A stretch of 64,000 nt of DNA from Lepisosteus oculatus (Eukaryota): assembly GCF_040954835.1 (NCBI RefSeq), contig NC_090710.1:31580586-31644585 (forward strand), given 5' to 3'. A model generated the notes under the pieces. That model had not been told where the DNA came from. It did not search any database and was given only the letters and a program-made list of their open reading frames with translations. Position 1 is the first letter of the stretch. Every line of letters begins with the position of its first letter. The position numbers and the translations under genes were made by a program. Shown one piece after another: positions 52,925 to 64,000 of the stretch.

Positions 52925-53830
52925 TGTACAGCTGCTTAGGTGGTGTCATAGCAATAACCTGGACTTGAACATAAAGAAAACGAAAGAGCTAATAGTGGAC
53001 TTTCGGAGACACAGGCCACACACTCACAGCCCACTCAGTATTGATGGAACGGAAGTGGAAACAGTCACCAGCTTTAGGTTTTTGGGAATTCACATCTCTA
53101 AAGATCTAACCTGGACTGTGAACACTGACTCTATCATGAAGAAGGCTCAGCAGCGCCTTTATTTCTTGAGGTGCCTCAAGCGATGGGGGATGCCAATACA
53201 TGTGTTGGTGAACTTCTACCGCTGTACTATCGAGAGCGTCCTCACCAACGGGATCACCGTGTGGTATGGCAACACCTCTTCGCGAGAAAGAAAGGCACTG
53301 CAGAGAATGGTCAATATGGCCCAGAAGATCATCGGCTGCGGTCTCACCGAGATTAAACAGCTCTATGAGGACCGCTGCCGTGGTAGAATTCTGGCCATCA
53401 CAGAGGACAGTCACCACCCTGGGCATGAGCTCTTCACCCCACTGCCCTCAGGCAAGAGATATAAGAGCATGCGGACACTTACCACTAGATTCTTCAATAG
53501 CTTCTATCCACAAGCAGTGAGACTGGCGAACACATTTAGCCATCCCCCTCGGACCACACCTACACCATCACCATCTACCTCTTTATGATTTCTTATCTGT
53601 TGCACATCTCCAGTCATTGTTTACACGTCTGTATTGTTTACATTCAAACTGTCTGCATGTTTACGTGCACATTGTCTATTGTTTGTTTGTACATTGTCTT
53701 GATGCACTGTTTGCACTTTGTCTTGTTTTTTTACACTTGTTTTACAATTGAGAGACTTTCTGTAAGAATTCCATTGTACCAGTACCGGTTACATATGGCA
53801 ATAAAGTTCAAGTTCAAGTTCAACGTCTCA
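52925..53830 (+). mobile_element. 5'-truncated non-LTR retrotransposon (LINE) fragment: reverse-transcriptase C-terminal ORF plus 3' tail
   Basis: ORF 52965-53588 (..KELIVDFRRHR..LSIDGTEVE..FRFLGIHISKDLTWT..AQQRLYFLRCLKR..FYRCTIESVLT..ITVWYGN..RKALQRMV..AQKIIG..LPSGKRY..TTRF.NSFYPQAVRL) matches the common fish LINE RT C-terminal region; tail ends aataaagttcaagttcaagttca. Confidence 0.65.
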
Positions 53831-54949
53831 TCTGATGGACCGCACCTGCTAGATACTGAGCTGCTGGTTTTAGGATATTTCTGCTTCTTCTTCAGGATGT
53901 CTTCCGCAACAATTCAAAACACGGGTTCAACAACACCACTTCCAGGAACAATGGAGAGCACGTCCGCATTGTTGTTTTTGCAATACTCTCCCACCTTTTA
54001 GATGTAACCAGACCGCGTCCAGCGAACCTACAGCACCCCCATACCAATACTTGTATGAAGGGGTTAATATTGTATTGGAAATTGACTGGGCCAGATCGTG
54101 GCGGCGCTGGGAGAAACGCGCCTTGTTCCCAGTCCGTACACACCCAGGTCTTCAGGGAGACCAGTGGCCGGCGAGCCGGTGTGGTTCCCAGTTCAGTGTC
54201 CCCTGGACATCTCGCGGGACTCTTCTCACCCCGCACATACAGCATGATTGCTAAGCAAAACATTAGGATAAGAGACGCGCCCCGCCTTCCCGCTCTGCCC
54301 CTCCTGCCTGTCACTCGCCCGGGGCCTGCAGTCACCTGTCACACGACTCTGGTCCCTAGCTAAGGCGTGGAAGACACCCAGAACCCGATATAAACACACG
54401 CTGGAGCCGCCGGTGTGATTCAGGTCCCGGAGAGCTTTGGGAGCGCAGATCTGGCGGGTTACGGACTTCCAGGGTTACACTGAACCGGACTCGACACCGG
54501 GACCAGAACCGCGCCTGCCGGCCTCAGATCAAACCCCGGAGTGCTCGATCTATCGGGGGTTCGTGGTTGACACACCATTTCAAAACACGTAAAATATCGT
54601 CGCAGATTCCAGAAACACAATAATAAAAACTGACACCTAAAATACCTATAAATCAACGCCCCTCAAATTCCTATTGAGTGCATGTTGTGCACCGTGATTC
54701 TGCAGTTTTAATACGCGCCGGATTTCATGCCCGTTCGGTGTGCATGCTCTCACAGCTCGCTCCCGTGCCTGGTTACTGCACACGCCGCTGTTCGACACGT
54801 GATCCTGTTATTCCCCGTGTGTACAGTCTGTCACCTCCCCACGCGTGTCGCACACACCCGGACGCACAGGTCTCAGGCCAGCCCTCTCCCTGCGGAGAAT
54901 GCTGATGTCCTCCGTCACCGCACACTTCATTTGTAAAGCATCACGTTCT

Positions 54950-55635
54950 ATTCATGTCGTTTAAAATGTTTCATTCCCTACTGACCCAATATTTTGGGTG
55001 TTTATTCGCTTCACAATGAATTGCACTAATTATATATATATTTGTGTGTGTGTGCGTTTTGCGCTAGAACGAGAACGCAAAGCAAAGGCTGGTGTCTCCC
55101 GGAATCCCCACTCTGTCTCAGAACGAGCTTTACGAATCCTCTGCGAAAACAAAACTCAGCAAAACCTGCCCGATCTCAGCCGGGAGGGTTTGGAAACCTC
55201 CGTGATCTGTGCTCGACTCGGGGTTTCACGAGAGCACCCCACGCGCCACCCAGCCCCAGGGGCGCAGCTCGCGCTACACTGCGACAGCGGCGTCCGCGAG
55301 CTGCCCCGCGATTGGTCGAGGCGCCCGGCCGCCGCCGATTCCCGCCTACTTTCTCATCTCCTTGTCTGATAGGCCACCCAGCGGCGTCATTCATCGCCAT
55401 GCGCGCTACCATTGGTTATCTGCCGCCCATAATTCCCCGCCCCCCCTGCGGCGCGGCCGTCCCGCCCCCTGAGGGCCAGAGGCTCGAGTTGGTCGCGGCT
55501 GGGGGGCAGGCCTGGCGGTCGGCTGTGGCGCAGACGTGCGGCGTCAAGTTCATTGAAAAAGAAGGGAAGAAGACGAGCAAGAACAAGGAGGAAGCGAGGA
55601 AAAGAAACAGGGAGGCGAGGAAGGCGGCGGAAGAG
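54950..55635 (+). promoter_or_regulatory. MPHOSPH8 promoter / 5'UTR CpG island (extends into intron 1 to about 57600)
   Basis: Very high CpG/GC content around the ATG at 55636 with (TA)n(TG)n at 55030-55055. Confidence 0.5.
55030..55056. repeat. (TA)n(TG)n microsatellite upstream of MPHOSPH8
   Basis: tatatatatatttgtgtgtgtgtg. Confidence 0.85.
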
Positions 55636-55755
55636 ATGGCTGAGCACTCGGCGGGGGCGGCCGAGCGGTCGGAGCCCGGCGACGGCGGGCAGGAGGAGGG
55701 CGAAGAGGGGGACGTGTTCGAGGTGGAGCAGATCATCGACATGAGGACCTCCAAG
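55636..55755 (+). CDS. MPHOSPH8: MPHOSPH8 exon 1 coding part (ATG 55636)
   Basis: MAEHSAGAAERSEPGDGGQEEGEEGDVFEVEQIIDMRTSK vs human MAAATAEAGAAGGDGTGEGEDVFEVEKILDMKTEGGK; donor AAG|gtgagc; sits inside a CpG island. Confidence 0.8.
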
Positions 55756-58101
55756 GTGAGCCCGGAGCCCGGCCCGGAGCCCGGGGCGGCCCGGCGTCCG
55801 TGTCTGGGAGCCCGCGGCCAGGCGGAGTTGGGGCTCCGAGGCCCGTACCGCAGGGGTCACTTCCCGGGCTCTGTCCTGCCTGGAGAGAGAGAGATAGTCT
55901 TCGTCTCTCTGTTTATAGGTTGTTGTTTTTTTTATTAATTACCTCCTGTTGTCGTCGTCGTCGTGGCTGTGGCGGTTGTTGTGGTTTTCCCGCTGTGCAT
56001 GCAGCCGTGCCCGGGTTTTGAAGAGTTAATCGGTGAACTGGGATGTGTCACACGTTAATACTGCGGCGGCCCGGGTCAGGGCAGGCGACAGAGAGGACTC
56101 CTCGGTCAGCCGGGTGGCTGTGAGAGCGGACCGCTTTTTGCCCCGCAGTTTGGATTGCCGTCACGTTTGGATTTATGCTTCGTCAGTCTGTCGGTCCTTC
56201 CCGTGTCTTGACCGGTGTCCAGTGCCCGGCCACACACACACACATATAAACCCGCCGCTCATTTTCCCAAGCGCACAGTCCAGACGAGCTGTAGTCAACG
56301 GCCCTGCTGCTCTACGCGACGTGTTTTGTACAGTATGCGTTTGTCACTTGGGGGGGGTCAAATTCGTTTTAATGTCTTCGGCTCGGTAAGACCACTAATA
56401 CTTATAGGGCGGCTTCCTGTTAAACTTGACACCCGGGCAGAAGAGGGACGTTCATCGGGTTTTAAAAGTCCCTGAACCCCGAAGAATGGAAGATGGCGAG
56501 TTTTATTTTTGAACCCACCCCAGTGCAGGGCAAAGCCCCCTGCTTGCTTTTAAAGGGTGGAGCCGACAGGAAGACCGCTCTTCGGAGTGGGTGCTGAAGG
56601 GTTGTGCCCGTTCCTGGCCACCTGCTTCGGCCTCCCCACCACCTGCTGCTTCGGCGATGCCTTTGCCACCCCTCTCCAGATGACCGAGTGTCTTACAGTG
56701 CCGCTGCTGCTGCCAGGGCTACAGGTTTCCCCTGCAATCCACCCCAGTCGGTTTCAATGCGTAAATAGTATTGCAATCCCAGGAGAACCCGCAGGGAGTG
56801 AGGTTTCCTCTGGAGCAAGTTCGCTCACAACGAACCTTTGCCCGCCAGTTGGTGCGTCTCGGAGCTCTGCAGCCGATGGAAGTTCTGCCCTATTCTGAGT
56901 CTCCAGCCCAGTACTCTTTCAGTTGGCACGGTGTGGGAGACTGTTTCTGTCCCTCGCATTGTAGCCTGGCGCGTGTTTTCCCTCGCTCTCCGCGGTGCAC
57001 GGTGTTTCCTTATTTTTATCTTCTGCAGTGCAGTGTTCTTTAGTATACAGCTCCGCTGAGCCCTGCTCGACCCTAGATCGCCGAGGGTGCTGGGACACTG
57101 ACACGGCCTCTGGGCGGACGAGTCGTCCTCGCCGGCGTGGACGGGGAGGGCCGTGGCCACACCTGGCGTGCTCTGTGCCGGGGAGCCCGGGGGGCCCTTC
57201 TCTTTGTGTCTGGGCTCGGGCCCCTGGGAAGAAGTGTCGGGGTGTGCCTCCGAGTGCAGCAGCCGCTAATCTGGAGGGGTTCCTGTTGCCAAGGCAGGCT
57301 GCGCCGACACACTCTGCGCGTGGCAGATGGCTGCGGAGGCCTTGGGGAGTTGGGGGGGGTGTTTTGAAGCCGGGGTGGCGAGAAGAGACCCCCAGGACCG
57401 CAGGAGCTGGTGGAGCAGAGAGGTTAGCAGGGCCTGTGGCGGCGCTGGGCCTGAGCTACAGCCGGGGAGTCTGGCAGCGAGCCAGTCTTCGCCCCGCCCC
57501 GCCTTTCCGAGCTCGTCTGCCCTCGGCACCTCTGAGGTCCTGTCTGCCGAGTCCCAGAAGCCCTTATAATCCGCTGGGGGGGGCTCTCTCGCTGAGCTGA
57601 GGCTGCAGCGAGAGAGCGGGGCTGTGTGTGGCAAGCACTCTGTGTAAAAAAAACAAAACAAAAAAAACAACAACAAACAAAAAAAAACGTGAACCCTACA
57701 GTTAGACTTCAGCCCATTTTGCAGTTAAAAGCCGATTAATCAAAAGGTCCTGTCCATACCTTTCTTGAAAGAAGCCGGGGTATCAGCCAGCTGTGTTGCT
57801 GGAGCAATCTTATTCGGCATCCCACCCTTCTGTTTCATAAAGATGTCTCCTCTCGTTTGTCAGTGCACTTCCTTCCACGTTTTTTTTTTCCCCCGTGCGT
57901 GCTCTCTTGCCGACGTGGTCGCATTCGTGCGGTAAAACCTTGGTTTGATCTGTTGTAATGAAGGTGCTCGGGGACCTTGATGTGGCGTTGGTGAGTGTGC
58001 TGTGGAGTATGTCAGGAGAATGTCAAGTGGCCCTGGTCCCCAGGGTGGCGTGCGCGGCGAGGGCTTCATCCGGCTGACCCGCCTCTGTTCCCGCGCGGCA
58101 G

Positions 58102-58248
58102 GGGGAGGTCCTGTACCGAGTGCGCTGGAAGGGCTACTCCTCCGGAGACGACACCTGGGAGCCCGAGTCTCACCTGGAGGACTGCGACGAGGTGCTGCAG
58201 ACCTTCAAGAGGAAGCTGGGTGAAAATAAAGCAAAGAAGGACAATATG
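58102..58248 (+). CDS. MPHOSPH8: MPHOSPH8 exon 2 (chromodomain)
   Basis: GEVLYRVRWKGYSSGDDTWEPESHLEDCDEVLQTFKRKLGENKAKKDNM vs human GKVLYKVRWKGYTSDDDTWEPEIHLEDCKEVLLEFRKKIAENKAK. Confidence 0.9.
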
Positions 58249-59734
58249 GTAAGGAAGAGTTCTCTTTTTTTTTTTTTTCCCCCTCAATGCATGTAGGGTC
58301 TTTAAAAAAGTGACATAATTATCAAGGCTACTTGACATTTTCCCAATGGGTAAACAACAAAATCACACCTTCTCTCTGTGGAGCTGTCTCAGACTGGGAC
58401 CACAAGAAGGTTATAGCCAGTTATTCACTGGTGATCTTATTCATTTTTGGCTGCAAGCTTAATGGCAGCTGCACCTGACCTCTGTATAGCCATACAAGAG
58501 AGTGTGTGGAGCAATTTCAAGCTAATTCCCAGATTGCTCACAGGCCTTAGAAATGCTTCAGAAGGTGAGTTATGCCCTGCAATAATGAATAATGCAACGT
58601 TGCTTATTCAGACCTCAAACCAACGTTTGGCTTTGGGTGGAAAATCGCAGTGGGCACCGTCTTAGCCTTTTTTATCCTGTAGGGTATGATGTCAGCCATG
58701 CTCATTTTGACAGCTCACAGTTTGAATCTCGGAAACAAAAGTTAAGTCAAGCAAGTTACTGTGCCTGTGACTAACGTTTTCTCTCTTTTTTTCATGTCGC
58801 ACTTCAGTGAATTTTCTCCCCCTTCTGTAGGAATTAGAATCCAGGGATGGCGCGCAGGTTGGTGTGGTTTGTGCTGCAGATCTGGTTATTTAAACTCCGC
58901 AGCGGAGAGCAGCACGGAGGCACTTGTCATGTTAACCCAGAAAGATCAGGGGTCTTGTGCATCAGGGCCCATGAGCCTGTGCATAGTGGAAAGGCACCAG
59001 TGACTGTGGACAGCTGGTCTAAAGCAGAACACTGTAACCTGAGCAGCTCGGGAGGGGTGGTAGGTCAGCCGCGCCCCAAAGCTTACATGCTGTTATCTCG
59101 CGGAGATAGTGAGGTTCTCTGCTGCCAGCTCCTGCTCTGGAAGCCTGGGTTCTGTCTCGCTGAAAGCTGAAGCGCCAGTCGAGAAGCGGCGCCGTTCTAA
59201 TCCTTCTTACATCTTGGAAAATGCAGGTGGAGGGTGCACAGGTGGAGAGAACGCAGGCAGTAAGCTGTAGTACAGTGCAGGAATGGGCACCCGAGGTCAG
59301 TATTGGAGCTGATGAGGAGCAGGTGGCAGTGGCAGCCAGTGGGGCTCAGACGGACACGTCGCAGGAGGTAAGGGAAGCCCTGGGAGCGCAGGAGGAGCCG
59401 GTACTTGTTCTAGAGGGGTAGAAGGAGGTGCGCCAATGTGGGCGTGTGGACCCCACCCATAGTGCCCTCGGGACCTCAGAGCCGTTGAAATGAAAAGGGC
59501 AGATGTGTAGAAAGTCTAACCTTTCTCTGCATACCTTTTTCCTGGACACTCGTACCCGTGGACAGAATGAAATGCCTGGGAGGGGGTGTAAGACGCACTA
59601 TGTGTGGCTGGAATCCTGCCCAGTGCCTTTTGTCCCTTGCCGGGTTTAGCATTCTTCTCCTGGTACTCTGCACGAGTTTCAGACCAGCTCCGGTCTGGGC
59701 CGATCCTGTTAGTTTTTTTCTGTAATTTTGAGAA

Positions 59735-59790
59735 TCGTCATTTTTTTTTTTTGTTTGTTTTTTTGTTTTTTTTTGTTTTTGTTTTTTACA
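59735..59790. repeat. T-rich (T)n/(TTTG)n tract in the MPHOSPH8 intron
   Basis: tttttttttttttgtttgtttttttgtttttttttgtttttgtttttt. Confidence 0.8.
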
Positions 59791-61960
59791 CCTGGATTTA
59801 AGGTAGCCTACGGTGTCCCGTGGCCCATCACAGGGGTTGTGGCCTGACAGGATGAGAGCGTAGGCAGACTCTCGGGCCGCTTGCCCTTCAGCCCCGTTGC
59901 GGGAAGCGCAGCCCCTTGCCACAGCTCGGCTCCAGCTGGAGAGCAGCACCACGTGCCTGCAAGAGCCCTGAGGGCCCTGGAGACTGTCCCCCCCAGCCCC
60001 CCCCCCCACCTCTGTCGGCGCTCAGAGACGTGATCCAGGCACCAACCACGTGCCTGTGCCAGCTCAGGCACCTGGGAGCCCTCTGCGGTGGATTTGTTTT
60101 TTACCTTGTTTCTGTCCCTAATGGAAATGGCTAACTGCTTGCTACAAAAAGTACCTTCAGTACCTGTTAAAATGACATAATGTACTCCTGAAGAAATGAG
60201 GTTAGAACGTTGCACCGAAAGCGAAATGACAAATCCGAGCTGTCGCAACAGGTGAGAAGGTCAAAACGGCGCAGGAATTGAATGGTAGTGCAGAGTCACA
60301 CCCTGCTTTTGAGCACAAATGGGCACTGAGATTATAAATATGGCAAAGTACATGAAGTGATGAACTTGGTTGCGTGCAGTTAGTACCAGTACAGTCCTTG
60401 GTGACTACTACAGCTCCAGGTGCTTCTCAGATGGGAGCCTGGCTGCACAATGGACAGACTTCTGTTCATGTTGTTGCTGATGGTAGTTGGAATAGAATGG
60501 TAGATGTGTGCCTCCAGGTAGAGTCTGTTTGTAATAGTTTTTTTCTACTGTGTCTGTTAGGGCTCCAAGCTTAACTGTGGTCCCACTTTCTGATGCAAAT
60601 GCAAGGCAAAAGTTTGTCCAGGCTAGTTCTTTGTTCATCAAAGGAAAACGTTTCAGAGAAACTGGCAAAGAATGGTGATGCCTGGCATTGTATTTGTCTT
60701 CCTAAATTGCAGGTTTTTCAGCTAGCCACCTCTTGCTTCCCGCTGATTGCCTTTGCTGACCTACTAATAAGGACCATTCAATCCATAGATTTTCTCATAG
60801 AATTCGTGATGAAGTGTTGGACCCGTCACTGTTAGTTCTGCTGCAACATTCGATTTTAGTTAGACTTCTGCAAACAGCTGTTTCTCCTAAACATTTAGAG
60901 ACGCTTATGATTTGTCCTGGATAGTTTTTTGACAACTGCATCCAATGCCTTAAACAGGGTCTAAAAAACACTGGTATATCATGTACTAAATTATTAATAT
61001 TGAAACATATACGTGCCCAAAGGACTTTATGGACAGTGCTAATTATTGAGCTATATTGTCTGCCCGGTACGATAGCAAGTATTTCTGCTGTCATATATGA
61101 AGTAGGTTATTAAACACTTTATCTGCAGGTCCCCTTTAGATAGTTTAGTCTTTTCCTGTTCCTGTTGGTTTATTACAGTTTCTTTTTTAAAAGTGTCCTG
61201 ACCTTACTGCTAACCAAATTGAACTCTATTCTATCCCTTTCCACTGGTTTCCTGTAGTTGGTATCAGTTTTTTTGTTCATTAGTATCTGTATATTTACTT
61301 TGTCCCATTTATGCATCATGGCTGACATACCTAAGGCAGAGGAGTGTTTGCCCACTTAATGGCTTTATATTTAGTTTAAATATAATTTAATGACTTCATC
61401 TGAAAATTAAATGAAAAGAACATTTTATTTGAAGGAATGAGTTTTATTTAACCAGTTACTGCTATTATTGATTGTCCTCAGTGTTTAGTATGAAATTAGC
61501 ACTTGACACTGGATCTAAGGTTTTGCACTTCACTACCTTAGAAACCTGATAAGTTTTCAGTGAAAGGCCTTCCTTCCCAAATGGGACAGAAAAAAATCCC
61601 AGGCCTGCACGAGTGTTCAAAGACGCTTATGTTTATAAACAGTGTTTTCGCTGTAGTTTCTGGAACACGGTGAATAAGACATTACTCATTCTGCAGGGAA
61701 GTTTCTACCTTCCAAAAACCGCAGCTGGAGAAAAGATATTTATCTAAGCCAGCCAGTGCTTATGATTTTGAGAGAAGAAATTCAACCTTTGTCAAATTTG
61801 GACTTAAATTGAGGCCGAGAACAATCCTTTTTGGTTTAAGAGCAGATATATACTTGTTGGCCTTTGGTATTTGGGAGATTCATGCTAAACTTGGGTGGGG
61901 AAAGAGCTGGAGGAACTACAACAGATTCATGACGCCTTTATGGTCTTTTTCTCTCTTTAG

Positions 61961-63100
61961 AAGCTTCCCATGAAGAGCGACCTGTTTGATGCGGACTCGG
62001 AGAGCGAGGCAGACAGGAAGGAATCCCCTTCAAGGAAGGTGAAGAAGAAAAAGAAGGTGAAGGAAGGATACAGTGCCGCAGACGGTCAGAGGAAAGACAA
62101 GGAGAAGAAGAGCAGGTCCGATCAAGCGGCCGGGCCCGAGGGTAAGGACTCCGAGGAGGGAGACAGCGAATCGGCAGCCTCCGTGGCCGACGCTGGGAAG
62201 CCATCAAAGGCCAAGAAGAGAGCTGTGGAGCCGGCGGAGGAGCTGAAGGCCAACAAGAGGCAGAAGAAAGAAGAATCCAAAGGTCTTGCAAAGCACAGGA
62301 AGGTCCCCGGCAAGAGCAAGAAGAAGCATAAGGGCTCCAAGGAGCACAGGAGTGACGCGGAGAAGCAGCCGGACTCCGCGGAGGACTCCCCTCGGGAAGA
62401 CGCTGCCGAGCCCCAGGCCGAGCCGATGAGCGTGCCGACCGAAGGAAGCGGCGCAGAAAGCGTCGCGCCCAGCTCCTCGGAGAAGACCCCTCTCCCGACT
62501 CAAGGCGACGCGGACCCCTGCTCCGAGCAGGGACCCCCAGAGCAGAAAGCCGCCTGCAAGAAAACCAAGGTGCAGCAGCCGGGGGAGACTAAAGTGAAAG
62601 CCCTGCTAGTGAAGGAGCCCGCGCAGGAGAAGAGGAGTGGGAGGCCGGAGGGCCAGCTACAGAGGAAGGAGAGTACCCACGCCAAGCTCAAGAATCTGCT
62701 TCTGGCCAACAGGCCACCGGACTCGGCGGCCAAGGCTCACAAAGCCCCGAAGAGCGCGGCGGAGGACGAGCCGGGGTTCCTCTCCTCGGACTCCAACGAG
62801 GGGGGCAGCTCGGTGAAGAAGAAAGGCAAAGGCAAAGCCCGGGACGCCTCGCCCAGGGCCCCCAGCAGGGCCAAGCAGGACGAGGCCAAGCTGGATCCTC
62901 CCTCGGGCTCGGGGGCCGCGGGGAAGGGGAGAGACGCCGGCAAGCCCGCGAGGCCCGAGGAGCCGATGGAGTCCCCCAACCTGTTCGAGAAGTTTCTGTT
63001 GACGTGCGAGGCGAAGGACAGGATGCCCAGGAGGCCGAGTAGCCACACGCCCAGCTCCGCCGTGGAAGACAAAGCGGACCAAACGAAGATTTCCCCCAAG
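61961..63100 (+). CDS. MPHOSPH8: MPHOSPH8 exon 3 (1140-nt Lys/Ser/Glu-rich exon)
   Basis: Acceptor ctctctttag|, donor CCCAAG|gtgtgc; continuous 380 codons; KLPMKSDLFDADSESEADRKESPSRKVKKKKK.. vs human RLSLNNDIFEANSDSDQQSETKEDTSPKKKKKK. Confidence 0.75.
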
Positions 63101-63879
63101 GTGTGCTGATCTTCTCGTGCCTTTGCGCGTCGTCGGCTAGCTCTGTTCAGATGTTCGTACCTCGCGTTTGGTGAACCAAGGTTTTCTTCAGCTGCCAAAG
63201 AAACAAAGTTCATATTTTGAAAGAAATGACCAATTTCACTTTTTCTGACTCATTTTCTGCATGAATTTACATTTCACTATGTTCCTACGATGAGAACAAA
63301 GCACTTGTTCCACACGTGGTTTGTGCTGCATTGCTCTGCTCGAGTTGGGGTCGGAAGTGAAGTTAATTCATGTTGTGGTTCTCGCTGGCTGGTCAAGTGA
63401 TGACCTGCTCTTGGTGGGAGGGAAGGAGTTTTTGGTTGGAGGTGCTCGGCCACCCCGCCAGAATAACGCATGTACTGCATCCTTGAAAACCTGAGCAGGC
63501 GCAAGTGTAGCTCCCTTCCACACACCATGAATGCGATTCTTGGGAGAGCACTGTGGGACCAGGGCTGCCGTCAGTCTTTTAGAACCTGTGGGACAGCTAA
63601 ACCAGATGCTTGCAGAGGCCCAGTAAGTCATCTGGGGGCCACTAGTGTATTGCTAGCAAGTATGTAAAACATCTTTCCCAAAGGGAGGATATGCATACAA
63701 TCGTGTGATTACTTAATTAAATGTTCCAAGATGGGGTGTAAACGTTATATCTTCCGCTGACGTACATCTAAGTAATGAGCTAGAAAACGCCATATTGTAA
63801 TATTTAGTTTCTGTAGATAAAAGCAAAACACGGAACAGTCTTTTACCTGTAAGCAATTGTTGTTGTTTTTTTCATGTAG

Positions 63880-64000
63880 CCCCCAGGTAAGCCAGAGAAG
63901 AAGATGAAGCCCGTGAAGGAAGTCCCTGTTCAGAGACCAGAGCCAGAGAAGGTGGAGAAGACCAGGAAAGAGTCCAAGATTGTAGAGTGTAAGCAAAGGT
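63880..64000 (+). CDS. MPHOSPH8: MPHOSPH8 next exon (partial, runs off the window)
   Basis: Acceptor ttcatgtag|; PPGKPEKKMKPVKEVPVQRPEPEKVEKTRKESKIVECKQR, open to the window end and in phase with the previous exon. Confidence 0.55.

Noticed and set aside
55042-55635. Upstream extension of the MPHOSPH8 ORF (298-aa ORF starting at 55042)
   Set aside because: The human N-terminus aligns from MAEHSAGAA.. (ATG 55636). The upstream part runs through a (TA)n(TG)n microsatellite and the promoter CpG island, which are most likely 5'UTR or promoter.
1-64000. Prokaryotic-style novel system (defence island, operon, CRISPR-Cas)
   Set aside because: The sequence is clearly eukaryotic nuclear DNA: GT-AG (and GC-AG) introns, exons matching vertebrate CENPJ/PARP4/MAD2L1/MPHOSPH8, SINE/LINE/Tc1 repeats and CpG-island promoters. 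Long intact prokaryotic ORFs and operons are absent.

Overview
This window looks eukaryotic, not prokaryotic: a vertebrate (most likely ray-finned fish) nuclear segment with spliced multi-exon genes, GT-AG introns, CpG-rich divergent promoters and many SINE/MITE/Tc1/LINE insertions and micro/minisatellites. All gene calls rest on my own reading of the translations against remembered human proteins and on splice-site consensus; no database search was run. The genes, in order: (1) the 3' end of a Tudor-domain gene on the + strand, whose last Tudor domain ends at TAG 2837-2839 and which I take to be RNF17-like from its terminal Tudor and tail-to-tail position against CENPJ. (2) A complete CENPJ/CPAP gene on the - strand (CDS 15466 down to 3878, at least 15 firm coding exons plus two candidates, including a 1.4-kb exon and the C-terminal G-box/TCP10 domain). 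(3) A complete PARP4 (vault PARP) gene on the + strand, head-to-head with CENPJ, with ATG at 18043, stop at 46797 and about 37 coding exons (BRCT-like N-terminus, PARP catalytic domain, VIT, vWA, a large low-complexity exon, C-terminal region). (4) A complete MAD2L1 gene on the - strand (5 coding exons, 52349 down to 48281), convergent with the PARP4 3' end. (5) The 5' part of MPHOSPH8 on the + strand (ATG 55636, chromodomain exon, a 1.14-kb exon, running off the window). The genes match the human 13q12 neighbourhood (RNF17, CENPJ, PARP4, MPHOSPH8) but in a different order, with MAD2L1 inserted and no ATP12A between PARP4 and RNF17. No CRISPR, operon or prokaryotic defence-like system is present. 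The most unusual content is inside PARP4: an array of about 22 near-identical 30-bp units encoding the decapeptide AGAAPTG(L/P)FG (GLFG-type, nucleoporin-like), a 1.15-kb tandem duplication carrying a 75-bp acidic exon, a heptamer minisatellite running into a splice acceptor, and two GC-AG introns. Exon coordinates are hand-derived and should be good to within a few bp.
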